Source of the DNA: Candidatus Eiseniibacteriota bacterium
GTDB taxonomy: Bacteria; Eisenbacteria; RBG-16-71-46; JABDJR01
Reading direction: 5' to 3'
Assembly (NCBI GenBank): GCA_963762255.1
Contig: CAVXKA010000002.1
Span: 1,344,001 to 1,408,000, forward strand
DNA length: 64,000 nucleotides
The notes under the pieces were generated by a model. The model did no database searches. It saw only the letters and a program-made list of their open reading frames with translations, and was not told the origin of the DNA. The translations under genes were made by a program, and so were the position numbers. Every line of letters starts with the position of its first letter. Within the stretch, counting starts at the first letter, position 1. Below are positions 42,396-54,724 of the stretch, in pieces.

Positions 42396-42586
42396 GGAGC
42401 GGAAACCGTCCTTCCTTCAATTTTGCCGGAATGCAGTCTATCCACGCCAGAAGCGGAAAAAGGCCCATTAGCCTGTGCTGACGAGGCGTTTCTGGGTCCC
42501 GAGCGGGCAGCCGGCGAGGCTTAGAGGGAGGATATCGAAAACCCGGAATCGGAGCGTTTCTACCCGCTGGGGATATTCTACCCAGT

Positions 42587-43930
42587 CTAGTTCTTCTGGG
42601 GGACCCTGGGCCGAAGCCTCTCGCGAAGCGTCTTGCGGTCGATCCCCAGGATGCGCGCCGCCTGCGATCGGTTGCCGCCGACGCTCTGGAGGACGGCGCG
42701 GATGTGCTGGACCTCCACCTCGGCCAGGGTGCGCTCGGAGCCGCCACCCCTCAGCGCCGAGTAGCGCATCAGCGAGGGAAGATCGGAGACGTCGACCGTT
42801 TCCCCCTCGGCCATCACCACCAGGCTCTGAATGACGTTCTCCAGCTCACGGACATTGCCCGGCCAGGTGTACTCGCGCAGCGCCCGCAAGGCCTCCGGCG
42901 AGAAGACCGGCGCGGGCCGCCCCGATTCATCGGCGAACTTCTTCGCGAAATGGTTCACGAGAACGAGAACGTCGTCGCCGCGCTCGCGCAAGGGCGGGAT
43001 CGTGATCGAGATCACGTTGAGGCGATAGTAAAGATCCTCGCGCAGCACGTCCTTCTCGACGAGGCTGAGCGGATCGCGATTGGTGGATGCGACGATGCGC
43101 ACGTCCACCTTGCGGCTGCGCGTCGTGCCGACCATGCAGATTTGCTTGTCCTGCAGGACACGCAGCAGCTTGACCTGCATGGCGGGGGACGTCTCGCTGA
43201 TCTCGTCGAGGAAGATCGTGCCGCCGTCGGCGGTCTGGAAGAAGCCGGCCCGCGATTCGGAGGCGCCGGTGAACGCGCCCTTGACGTATCCGAACAGCTC
43301 GCTCTCGAGCAATCCCTCCGGGATCGCTCCGCAGTTGACAGCCACGAACGGAGCGGAGGAGCGCGGCCCCGAGTAGTGGATGGCGCGCGCGATCAGTTCC
43401 TTGCCCGTGCCGCTCTCCCCCGCGATGAACACGGTGGCGGAGCTTGCCGCGGCCTTGGCGACGGCCCGCAACACCGGTCGCATCACTTCGGACTCGCCGA
43501 GAAGCCCGTGGAGCGGGCGGGGGCCGACCACCGAGCGCGGCCGCGCGGCCTGGCGAAGCCGCTGCCGCTCCAGGGCCTCGTCCACCGCGGCCAGCAGCTC
43601 GGCATCGCCGCAGGGCCGCATGAGGTACTCGGCGGCGCCGGACTTGATCGCGGCCACCGCCGCCTTGACCGTTCCCTCGGCGGCAATCATGACGACTTCG
43701 ACGTCGGTGTGGTTCTCGCGGACGTGCCGCACGAGAGCCATCTCCTCCGTTGCGGACCCCGCGCTCTCCACGACCACGATATCGATCGGCGTGGACTCCA
43801 GAAGGCGGAGCGCTTCGTCGATGCCCTTCGCGGTGAACACCGTGTGGCCTCTCCCGGCCAGCGCACGCTCCAGCCTCTCGAGCGCAGGACCTGCGCCGGC
43901 AACGGCTAGCATGCGGGGACTTTCAGTCAC
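42587..43930 (-). CDS. Sigma54-dependent enhancer-binding protein (NtrC-like) with a degenerate receiver domain
   Basis: GESGTGKE, ESELFG..KGAFTGA, FLDEI, QVKLLRVLQ, DLYYRLNV, WPGNVREL and a Fis-type HTH; start uncertain (43912, 43930 or 43984). Confidence 0.92.
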   Translation of the reverse strand: MTESPRMLAVAGAGPALERLERALAGRGHTVFTAKGIDEALRLLESTPIDIVVVESAGSATEEMALVRHVRENHTDVEVVMIAAEGTVKAAVAAIKSGAAEYLMRPCGDAELLAAVDEALERQRLRQAARPRSVVGPRPLHGLLGESEVMRPVLRAVAKAAASSATVFIAGESGTGKELIARAIHYSGPRSSAPFVAVNCGAIPEGLLESELFGYVKGAFTGASESRAGFFQTADGGTIFLDEISETSPAMQVKLLRVLQDKQICMVGTTRSRKVDVRIVASTNRDPLSLVEKDVLREDLYYRLNVISITIPPLRERGDDVLVLVNHFAKKFADESGRPAPVFSPEALRALREYTWPGNVRELENVIQSLVVMAEGETVDVSDLPSLMRYSALRGGGSERTLAEVEVQHIRAVLQSVGGNRSQAARILGIDRKTLRERLRPRVPQKN

Positions 43931-44067
43931 GAGCGGAGTTCCTCCGATTGCGGTCGGCGGTCCCTCCGACGGGGGAAGTACCATCCCACCGGGGCCCAAC
44001 TTACGCCCCCGGCCCGCGTGCGGCAAGGCGGGGTTCCGCCGGGGTGGCGCGGCGCGGCATCGCGCAG

Positions 44068-45528
44068 CTAGCCGAGTCTCTCTCTGTCGAAGAAGTCCCG
44101 AAGCTGCTCCCAGGTCTGTTCGATCCTGTCGCCCTCGAACTCGATGAACTGCAGGCCGGCGAGGTTGCTGATCTCCCCCAGCCCCTTCTGCTTGAGCAGC
44201 GCCACCCGCTGGAAGCCGAGCTTTCCTTGGAAGAGGCCGGCCTCGTGGATGACGTTCTCTCTCGCCCGCAGTTCCCCGTCGCTGGTCTTGTCCTCCGCGG
44301 TGAGGACCAGGATGGCGAACTCCGCCTGCTCGAGCATGTCCTCCAGCACCGGGACGATGGCGTCGCCGACCCGGGACTGCGTCTCGTACTCGACCGTCTC
44401 CAAGTTGAGTTTCTTCTCGACGAATCGCGCCACCTGCGCCCACAGCGGGCTGCGCCCATGGCCGATGAACACCCGCCCCGAGGTCGAAGGGGTCTTGATC
44501 CAGCGCCGGAAGGCTTCACCTGAAGGTTGGAGTATGCCGTGGTGAATGGTCAGCAGGCCCAGATCCAGCAGGCGCGCCTCTCCAGGGTTCAGGTTCTGGC
44601 CCGCGGGGGAGTGTCGCCCCGAAGCGGCACGCAGGAGGCATTTCCGCTCCTGTACGTTCAGATTACGCCAGTAGGACCGATAGAGACCCTGCAGACCGCT
44701 GTTCCACCCGAGCAACTCCTCGATCACTTCCCCAAAGCACGTCTCCGTCGAGGTCCCCGTTCTCCGCGTCCGAATCCAGGCGTCGGCGGTGACCTGGAGA
44801 AAATAGGGCATGTCCCCGCCGATGCGTCGAATCGCATCCACCTCTTCTGCAGTCAAGTCGATCCCCACGCTCTTCGCCGGACCGGTGATCAGAGTCTCCG
44901 CTTCCGCGGTGGGCATCGGACCCAACACGATTGGGCTGGGGAGAAAGACATTGCAGAACTCGGAGACGTAGATCGGCTCCTCGGCACGGCAGAGCTCAAA
45001 GAGCGGGCGGAAGGAGGATGTCACCCAGGTCACCAACTCACTCGTCACCAGGGCGCGCAGGCCTCCGAAAAAGTCGAGATCGAATCGGTCGTGGCGAACC
45101 AGGGTCTCGAACTCGTCCAGCAGGATCACCAACCGACGGCCGTCGGCGACGGACTTGACCCATCTTTCGAATCCCACGTAATCCTCAATGGCGATATCGT
45201 CCGGTGGCGGGGCCTCGGGAATCACCTTCGTGACCGCGTTCGTCACAGCCTGACGGAACCGGATCGGGTCGATGACGTCGGCGAGAAGATCCACGTAGGC
45301 CACTGCCACTGGAGGATATCCGGCCCGAATGTCAGGCCGAGGAGCGCCCGAACCCGACATGAGCTGAAGGAAAGATGTCTTGCCCGCACGCCGCGCCCCG
45401 AGCACCTGCATCGAATCGGGGTACTTTCGAGAGATCCTCCTCAGGAAGAACGCTATCTGTTCCTGGCGCCCGTAGAAGTGGTCTGCATCGACTGGACGAC
45501 CCGCCACGTAGGGACTACCGGCGCTCAC
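44068..45528 (-). CDS. STAND-type P-loop ATPase fused to a C-terminal Cap12/Pycsar-type TIR domain
   Basis: SPY..G.PV...FYGR, Walker A GARRAGKTS, Walker B ILLDEFE and GDMPYFLQ; TIR motifs VFIGHG, FAILVLTAED, ARENVIHEAGLF.GKLG and SNLAG. Confidence 0.85.
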   Translation of the reverse strand: MSAGSPYVAGRPVDADHFYGRQEQIAFFLRRISRKYPDSMQVLGARRAGKTSFLQLMSGSGAPRPDIRAGYPPVAVAYVDLLADVIDPIRFRQAVTNAVTKVIPEAPPPDDIAIEDYVGFERWVKSVADGRRLVILLDEFETLVRHDRFDLDFFGGLRALVTSELVTWVTSSFRPLFELCRAEEPIYVSEFCNVFLPSPIVLGPMPTAEAETLITGPAKSVGIDLTAEEVDAIRRIGGDMPYFLQVTADAWIRTRRTGTSTETCFGEVIEELLGWNSGLQGLYRSYWRNLNVQERKCLLRAASGRHSPAGQNLNPGEARLLDLGLLTIHHGILQPSGEAFRRWIKTPSTSGRVFIGHGRSPLWAQVARFVEKKLNLETVEYETQSRVGDAIVPVLEDMLEQAEFAILVLTAEDKTSDGELRARENVIHEAGLFQGKLGFQRVALLKQKGLGEISNLAGLQFIEFEGDRIEQTWEQLRDFFDRERLG

Positions 45529-45534
45529 CGTGCG

Positions 45535-48500
45535 CTACCTCAGATCCTGATATCGCAGGATCCACAGACGCATCAGATCCACGGCAAACCTGTACTTCTT
45601 GAGTCCATCCCCGCCCTGCCGATCCGCCGTGATCAGGTGATGCAGAGCCAGACGATGCAGCGCCTTCACCCTCTGCTCTTCGCTGACTTCCTTCGTCACC
45701 GGCACCAGGATCTCGGATCCCGGAATCCAACGGTTCTGGGTCGCCCCGATCCGGGCCATAGTCCTCAGAACAAGGTGGGCGTCTTGCCCGACGTCCGTCC
45801 ACATTCGGTCCAATACCGCTCCGCCCCCGAATTCTAAGAACGTCCCACCGACTTCTCGAGATACTCGGGCCCGATCCAATACCCACACTTCTGGCTGTTC
45901 ATCTCCTCAACGCAGTAATCGCACAGTTGCTGAATCAGGTACGGGTGCCCTCCGGTCAGGCTGAGAATCCTATCGACCACCGCATCGTCATAGGTCACGC
46001 CCAGTACCTGGACCGGGGTCCGGATCAGGTCGTTTGCCTCCTTGGGCTCCAGGAACCCCACTTCTCGGTGATGTGCTACATTGAACAACTCGACCTTGTA
46101 CTTGAGGTCCATCTCCTCCAGTTCGCGGTGGCCGGCAAGAATGAAGGCCACCCCCTGATCCTCCTGCATGAGCGCCCGCAAGTAATAGAAGATATCCGCC
46201 TCATACTTCTTGTTCTTGACTCGCTCATGCAGACACTCAAACTCATCCAACATGATCAGGACGAGGCCCTTTCCTCTTCCTCCCATGGCATGAACCGCAC
46301 TCTCCAGAGTTCTATCAAACGCCGCCCTTGGTCCCTTCGTGAACTCCTCTGCAGGCGGCACCGTGCAAGAGAGTCCCCGTCCCCCGAGCGCCTTGTCAAC
46401 TTCTTCAGCCATTCTTGACATGAGCGCAGCCGTCGAATCGCCCAGAAGTTGCAGATCGAGAAACACCGGATAGACGGGAAACTGACGCCCCTCTCGAATG
46501 CGTTTCCCCAGCTGGCCGCTTTGCAATTGCCTGAGCACGGAGGTCTTACCAGTGTGCGATCCACCATGAAGTACGAGAGCCCCGCGTCCGGTCTTGCTGA
46601 ACAGTTTCGCCTCGATCCACTCGAAGATCTCTTCCCGCCCGTAGAAGAGGGGACTGTCTGCGGGGAGCGGTTTCGTGGTGATATAGGGACTGTCCACCTC
46701 CAGATAGACGCGGACCGCTTCATCAATCAGCTTGGACCAATCACCGAAGACACGGGTCAACATGGTCCGCTCGAGGAGGCTCAGGTCGGAGAGTTGATCC
46801 TCGGGGATCTTGAGGAGGTTGAGACATTCTCTCAGTTCGATGCGTCGGCTCGGATCGCGATCGTACTCGGCGAGGCGATCGCTGACTCGTTGCGCGACAG
46901 TCGTGTAACGCTCCCCTAGCTCACGGAGGAAGAACTCTCGCGCGGTGACTCGACTGATCACGGGCCCGGACCGCTGCAGAGCGGTTTGGATATCGCCAAG
47001 CCGGGATGACTTGAGCGCCACGGTGAGCGCACTCAGAAGATCCTTGCTGGGCCCATGGAGGTCACTGACAAGCTGATCGAGTACCCCCAGTTGGAATGCG
47101 GGATGGAGCAACCCGGCGTAAGTCCGCACGATGCGCGCTTTCACGGAGTCCTCGCGATCCACGATGGCGGCAGCACTGTCCAAGCTGTTTACGCCTTCCT
47201 CGTGGTCCTTCAGGAACCCATGCACGACTTCCACAACGGCGTCGTTGTTCGGGCTGGCGAGAACGTGGTCCGCAAGATTTCCCGACTCTACGAGGCGGGC
47301 GTTCTGTATGGAGATGGCGGCGCTGTTCGCGATCAACTCGAACGCCAACTCCTCCTGGCCGTTGAAATACGCGAATTCCTTGTCGGCGCCCTTCCCCTTG
47401 GTCTTCGTCTCCACCTTGAGCACGCCGACAAGTTCTTTCTGCTTTCCCTTCCCTCCCGCCAAGAGCGGGATTCCCATGAACGACTGGCACTTCCTCCCCT
47501 TGGCGAAGTTGTGTCTGTCAAAGGTTCCTCGGTGATGGGGATGGAGCGTCAGGTCGAGGTTACTTCTGGCGGTGAATTTCTCGCGTTTGACGGCAATCCA
47601 GACCGTCAGGCCGACCTTCTGGTCCTCCGTCACCGGCCGGTCGACGATGTCCTTGTCCGCCACCAGTTGGTACCGGCGCACTCTTGGGCCTCGAGTGGCC
47701 CATCCATAGGCCGCCCAGTGCGGCTGCACAAGCTCGTTCCCCTGTTTCAGGAAAAGCGCGCAGGCTTCGGCGTGGAACAGTTTGGCTGTGTCATGCACGA
47801 CCTCCTTGACAAGCTTCTGGACATCCAGCTTGCCACTCAGCATGTCTCGGATCGGTTCCATTGCTTTGTGGATGACCACATAGCGCTTGGCGTACTGCGT
47901 CTGCAAACGCTCGCTCGCCAGCGCGATTTCGTGGGCCAGAAGGTCCAGGCGCCTTTGCTGGACATCGCTGAAATCGCGGTCGTCTACAGTGCCTCGTACG
48001 AACACGTTCTCGACCTTCAACACCCCCGTGATGACTCCGCCGATCTGGAGGGGTACACCCAACCACGCGCCGCATTCCTGTTGCTTCTCGTAGTTGGATG
48101 AGTCGTAGAAGCCCTTGTGGTGGCAGTGTTCTTTGAGTTCATCCATGTTTCGAGCACGGAATTGTCTGCCGGTCGCGGCGACCCAGGCCGTGAGTCCGAC
48201 TCTCTCGTCATGGCTCAGGTGCACGCGCTTACAGTCCGCGGGAGAGCATGACCTGGTCCCCAGACAGTGTGCGACCTTCTCAGGTCCCGGCACCTCGTAG
48301 GAGCGGACCACCTTTCGCAGGACCTGCGATCCCCATCCCGCGCGTTGAGTCAGCGTCTTCTTGCTCTCGTCGATGAGGAAGATCGCTCCGGAATCCGCCT
48401 GGGTGGCACTGGCCGCGACGCGCACAACGATGTCCAGGAAGGCATCCAACTCTCCCTCGGTGGCAACCGCTTCCTCGATGACTTCTCGGGCCCACAGTGT

Positions 48501-49178
48501 GATCGCAGCGTCGGCGGATCTATCTCGTTCTTCCACGTAGTCAATGCAGCGGCCAGCCACTCGCGCCAGCGCCTCAAGCACGAGCTGATCCTTCACCGAG
48601 AACGGCTCGCACGGCTCCAGCCGTTCCGCCTTCATCGCGCCGATGATCTTCCCGCGCAGATTCCTCAACGGAACAGCGAGAAACGTACCCACCTGGTTAC
48701 CCGGTTCCGGTAGCTGGACTGGATCGTAGTCCCCTCTCTGATGGGGATGTTGCTTCAGCTCCGCGGGGGTCTTGGCAAGAAACGCCTTCCCGGTGGAGAT
48801 GACCCAGCCCGTTAACCCGAGCCTGTCCTCCTTGAGCGAAGGAGAGTCGGGCACGCCATCCGGGGGGAGAACGTGGCAAATGGCCTGATTGATGAAATGC
48901 TTCTGGTACCCGCTGGCTGCACGCATCGTGGCCGTCCCGTCCCCAGCCAATCCAGCGGTCTCGTCCACGATGTAGATCGCGCAGGCATCCACTTGAAGGA
49001 CAGCGCCAGGCCCGTCGACCTTGTCCGTGATCCGGGCGATCAGCGCATCCAGCTTCGCGCCGGCGGCCAGATCCGCGATGAGGAGTGACTGAAGGTCGGT
49101 CGAGAGCCGCAGGAGGTCCTGGGTCGCATCGGTTACGGGGGGTGCGGACGTCAGAGTGACGGTGTCGGGTGAAGGCAT
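45535..49178 (-). CDS. Triple-GAF protein with a STAND-type ATPase and C-terminal winged helix; -1 frameshift at ~45845
   Basis: Three GAF repeats (GLT.W...., L.VPL/IPL, G..K.E); SPY...P....LFYGREE, Walker A GGSHTGKTS, Walker B IMLDEFE and TGGHPYLIQ. The natural C-terminus (YRFAVDLMRLWI) lies in the 45535-45888 frame. Alternative start at 49190. Confidence 0.8.
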
Positions 49179-49217
49179 GCGGCCTCCCATGCGAAGTGCA
49201 AGCCGGAGTGCTGCCGG

Positions 49218-49661
49218 CTACTTGGTTTTTCGGGGCGATCGCTCCATCTCGCGCAGCACGCAATCGGTGAGAACCTCGGTCTCGGCCACGTCATGCGCGG
49301 TCAATTGCTCGATGAACTGGCTGGTGTCGGACCGCAGTTTGGCCAGGGAACCGCTCATGAGAGCGTTGCAGTCCCGGATGAGACCGTTGAGGCCTTCCAT
49401 CAGGATCCGGTGTTCCCGGAGAAGCCCGTCCACGCGCTCGGTGTGTTGCGGCGCGTGACTTTCGATAATGGCGTAGAGCCCCTCGTCCCCTTCTTCGCGA
49501 TTGAAGTGATTCTCGAACTGGCGATGCAGATCCTCCAGCACGATCAACATCACGTTCGGATCGGTCATGGCCTGCAGGCGCTCCACCGTCGCTCGCATCT
49601 CGAGGTGTTCCTCGGTGATCTTGGATTCGAGACTGCGCACGTCGATGCCCGGGGTTCCCAT
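49218..49661 (-). CDS. Hemerythrin-domain protein
   Basis: EEH, HF.REE, REH and HD..E motifs spaced as in HHE four-helix bundles. Confidence 0.8.
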   Translation of the reverse strand: MGTPGIDVRSLESKITEEHLEMRATVERLQAMTDPNVMLIVLEDLHRQFENHFNREEGDEGLYAIIESHAPQHTERVDGLLREHRILMEGLNGLIRDCNALMSGSLAKLRSDTSQFIEQLTAHDVAETEVLTDCVLREMERSPRKTK

Positions 49662-49826
49662 GACGAGGCTCCTTGTTCCGCACGATTCTCCGGTGCTGCC
49701 GGCGGCGGCTCGGCCGGTCGGCCGACCAAGGCTCCATGCTCGCAGATGCAGGGGCACCGATTCCATGCAAAACAGGGCGGCGCGCGTCGCGGATCAATAA
49801 GCTACTGATTGCGTCGTCTATCCGCG

Positions 49827-52436
<2,610 letters not shown>

Positions 52437-52539
52437 ATTTCATCTCCATCCCGGGGTCAATACTCGATCAACTCTGGCAGTATAGCGCTGGCGTGCCATA
52501 CAATCCCGTCCACCCTCGGATTCCGAAACGGAGCACCCC

Positions 52540-53469
52540 GTGATCGAAGTCACCGACCTGCGCAAGGTGTTCGGCGAGCTGGCCGCGGTGGACGGCATCA
52601 CGTTCACCGCCGAGCCCGGCGCCATCTTCGGGCTCCTCGGCCCCAACGGCGCCGGAAAGACCACCACCATCGGCTGCATCTGCGGCCTGCTCAAGCCGAC
52701 GTCGGGCCGCGTGCGCGTCCTCGGTCACGACGTCGTGACCGACGGAGCGCGCGCCAAGAGCGGCCTCGGCGTGGTCCCGCAAGAGGTGGCGATCTACGAG
52801 GAGGTCTCGGCCACGGAGAACCTCCGCTACTGGGGCGGAGCCTACGGGCTCACCGGCGCCGACCTCAAGACTCGGACCGCCGAAGTGCTGGAACTGGCCG
52901 GACTCCAGGATCGCGCCAAGGAGCCGGTCAAGCGTTTCAGCGGCGGCATGAAGCGCCGGCTCAACTTCGCGTGCGGCATCGTGCACCGGCCCAAGGTGCT
53001 CCTTCTCGACGAGCCCACCGTGGGCGTCGATCCCCAGAGCCGCGTGCGCCTGTTGGAACTGGTTCGCGAGGAAGCGGTGCGCGGCACCTGCGTCGTCTAC
53101 ACCACGCACTACATGCAGGAGGCGGAAGAACTCTGCGACCGACTGGCCATCGTCGATCACGGCAAACTCATCGCGTACGGTAGCCTCGCCGAGTTGCGCG
53201 CGATGACCGGCCAGCGCGACATCCTTCGCTTGACCGGCCAGTTCGTGCCGGATCGCGCCGCCGAGGCGCTGGCGCGGCTCCCCGACACCGAGATCGTGCA
53301 GAGCGACGGGACTTCCCTACTCGTCTCGCTCGCAGGAGCCTCGCGCCGACTCCCCGAACTCTTCGGCGCCTTGCAGGCGGCGGGCTCGGACATCCGCGAG
53401 ACCACGATCACGCAGCCCAGCCTCGAGAGCCTCTTCATCAAGCTCACCGGCAAGGAGCTGCGCGAGTGA
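52540..53469 (+). CDS. ABC-2 type exporter ATP-binding protein
   Basis: GPNGAGKT, FSGGMKRR, LLLDEPT and TTHYM motifs. Confidence 0.95.
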   Translation: MIEVTDLRKVFGELAAVDGITFTAEPGAIFGLLGPNGAGKTTTIGCICGLLKPTSGRVRVLGHDVVTDGARAKSGLGVVPQEVAIYEEVSATENLRYWGGAYGLTGADLKTRTAEVLELAGLQDRAKEPVKRFSGGMKRRLNFACGIVHRPKVLLLDEPTVGVDPQSRVRLLELVREEAVRGTCVVYTTHYMQEAEELCDRLAIVDHGKLIAYGSLAELRAMTGQRDILRLTGQFVPDRAAEALARLPDTEIVQSDGTSLLVSLAGASRRLPELFGALQAAGSDIRETTITQPSLESLFIKLTGKELRE

Positions 53470-53479
53470 CGGGGGCGCG

Positions 53480-54721
53480 TTGAGGACGGGATTCCTCGGC
53501 ATCGCGTTCGCGAAGGACCTCCGCCGGATCCTGCGGGATCCGGTGGCGATTCTCCTTTCCGTGGGCCTACCCCTCATGGTCGGACTGCTGCTCAAGATCG
53601 CGTTCGGCGGAGGCGAGACAAAGCCCACCGCGCAGCTTCTCGTCGCCGATCACGACAGCAGCTTCGTGAGCAATCTCCTCGTCGCGAGCTTCGATCGGGG
53701 CCCGCTGGCGGATCTCGTCGACACCGAGTCGGTCACGGAGGAGAAGGGCCGGGCGATGATGGAGGACGGCAAGGCATCGGGGCTCCTCATCATCCCCGAC
53801 AAGTTCGGGGACGACGTTTTCGACCGCAAGCTCACCACGCTGACCCTCATCACCAACCCCGCGCAGCGCATCCTTCCCGGCATCCTGAAAGGGGCGTTGG
53901 AGTTCATGACCGACGCCCTCGCGGGAGTCCAGAGCATCCTCGGGGATTCGTTCCAGCCGCTCAACGCACCGGCGCCGGCGGGACGCATCACGCAACCGGA
54001 CAGTCTTGTGGCGTCCTTCAGCGTACGGGTGAACAACTTGGTGGAGCGCGGCGGGCGCTACGTCTTCCCGCCCGTCATCAAGGTGAAGACCGTGGTGCTG
54101 GAAGAGGAGAAGGAGGATGCCCGCGGCTTCTCGGATCTCTTCTTCCCGAGCATGCTCTTCATGGCGATCCTCTTTGCCGCGCAGAACATGAGCGACGACG
54201 TGTGGAAGGAGAAGACGCTGGGGACCCTGCGCCGCAACGTCTCGACGCCGCAACGTCTGGCCGTGGTCCTCGCCGCCAAGCTCCTGGCCATCACCGCCTT
54301 CATCGGGGTGGTCTCGCTGGTGGGGCTCATCGGCGGGCGCCTTCTCTTCTCGATCCAGATCGACAACCTCCCGCTCGCGGTGGCCTGGGCCACCATCTCC
54401 GGCGCGTTCATGCTCCTCATCTTCACGATGCTGCAACTGGTCGCCGCGAGTCAGCGCGGGGCGAACCTCCTCGGAAACCTCGTTCTCTTCCCGCTCATCA
54501 TGCTGGGGGGCTCTTTCTTTCCGTTCGAGGCCATGCCGGAATGGATGGCGCGCATCGGCCGCATGACCCCCAACGGTTGGACGCTGGAGCAATTCCGCCG
54601 CATCCTATGGGGCACCGCCGACGCCACGACGCTCCTCGCAGGGCTCGGCGCCATGCTCGTGTTCGGTGCGATCCTCTTCACCCTCAACGCGGCTCGTCTG
54701 CGCCGCTTCGCGAGGGGCTGA
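53480..54721 (+). CDS. ABC-2 type exporter permease
   Basis: N-terminal TM, extracytoplasmic domain, EK..GTL.R and LGGSFFP.E.MP.W motifs. Confidence 0.9.
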   Translation: MRTGFLGIAFAKDLRRILRDPVAILLSVGLPLMVGLLLKIAFGGGETKPTAQLLVADHDSSFVSNLLVASFDRGPLADLVDTESVTEEKGRAMMEDGKASGLLIIPDKFGDDVFDRKLTTLTLITNPAQRILPGILKGALEFMTDALAGVQSILGDSFQPLNAPAPAGRITQPDSLVASFSVRVNNLVERGGRYVFPPVIKVKTVVLEEEKEDARGFSDLFFPSMLFMAILFAAQNMSDDVWKEKTLGTLRRNVSTPQRLAVVLAAKLLAITAFIGVVSLVGLIGGRLLFSIQIDNLPLAVAWATISGAFMLLIFTMLQLVAASQRGANLLGNLVLFPLIMLGGSFFPFEAMPEWMARIGRMTPNGWTLEQFRRILWGTADATTLLAGLGAMLVFGAILFTLNAARLRRFARG

Positions 54722-54724
54722 GCG

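Noticed and set aside
44068-45528. Calling the TIR gene CBASS, Pycsar or Thoeris
   Set aside because: No CD-NTase, PycC cyclase, STING/cNMP-binding or ThsA-like gene is present in the neighbourhood.
45535-45888. Independent 117-aa gene between the two ATPases
   Set aside because: It encodes the expected winged-helix end of the upstream ATPase and lacks a convincing start; better explained by a frameshift.
52455-52472. GGTCAAT-ACTC-GATCAAC upstream of clpB as a CtsR, HspR or CIRCE operator
   Set aside because: The repeat period is 11 rather than 10 and it matches neither HAIR nor CIRCE; too weak to call.
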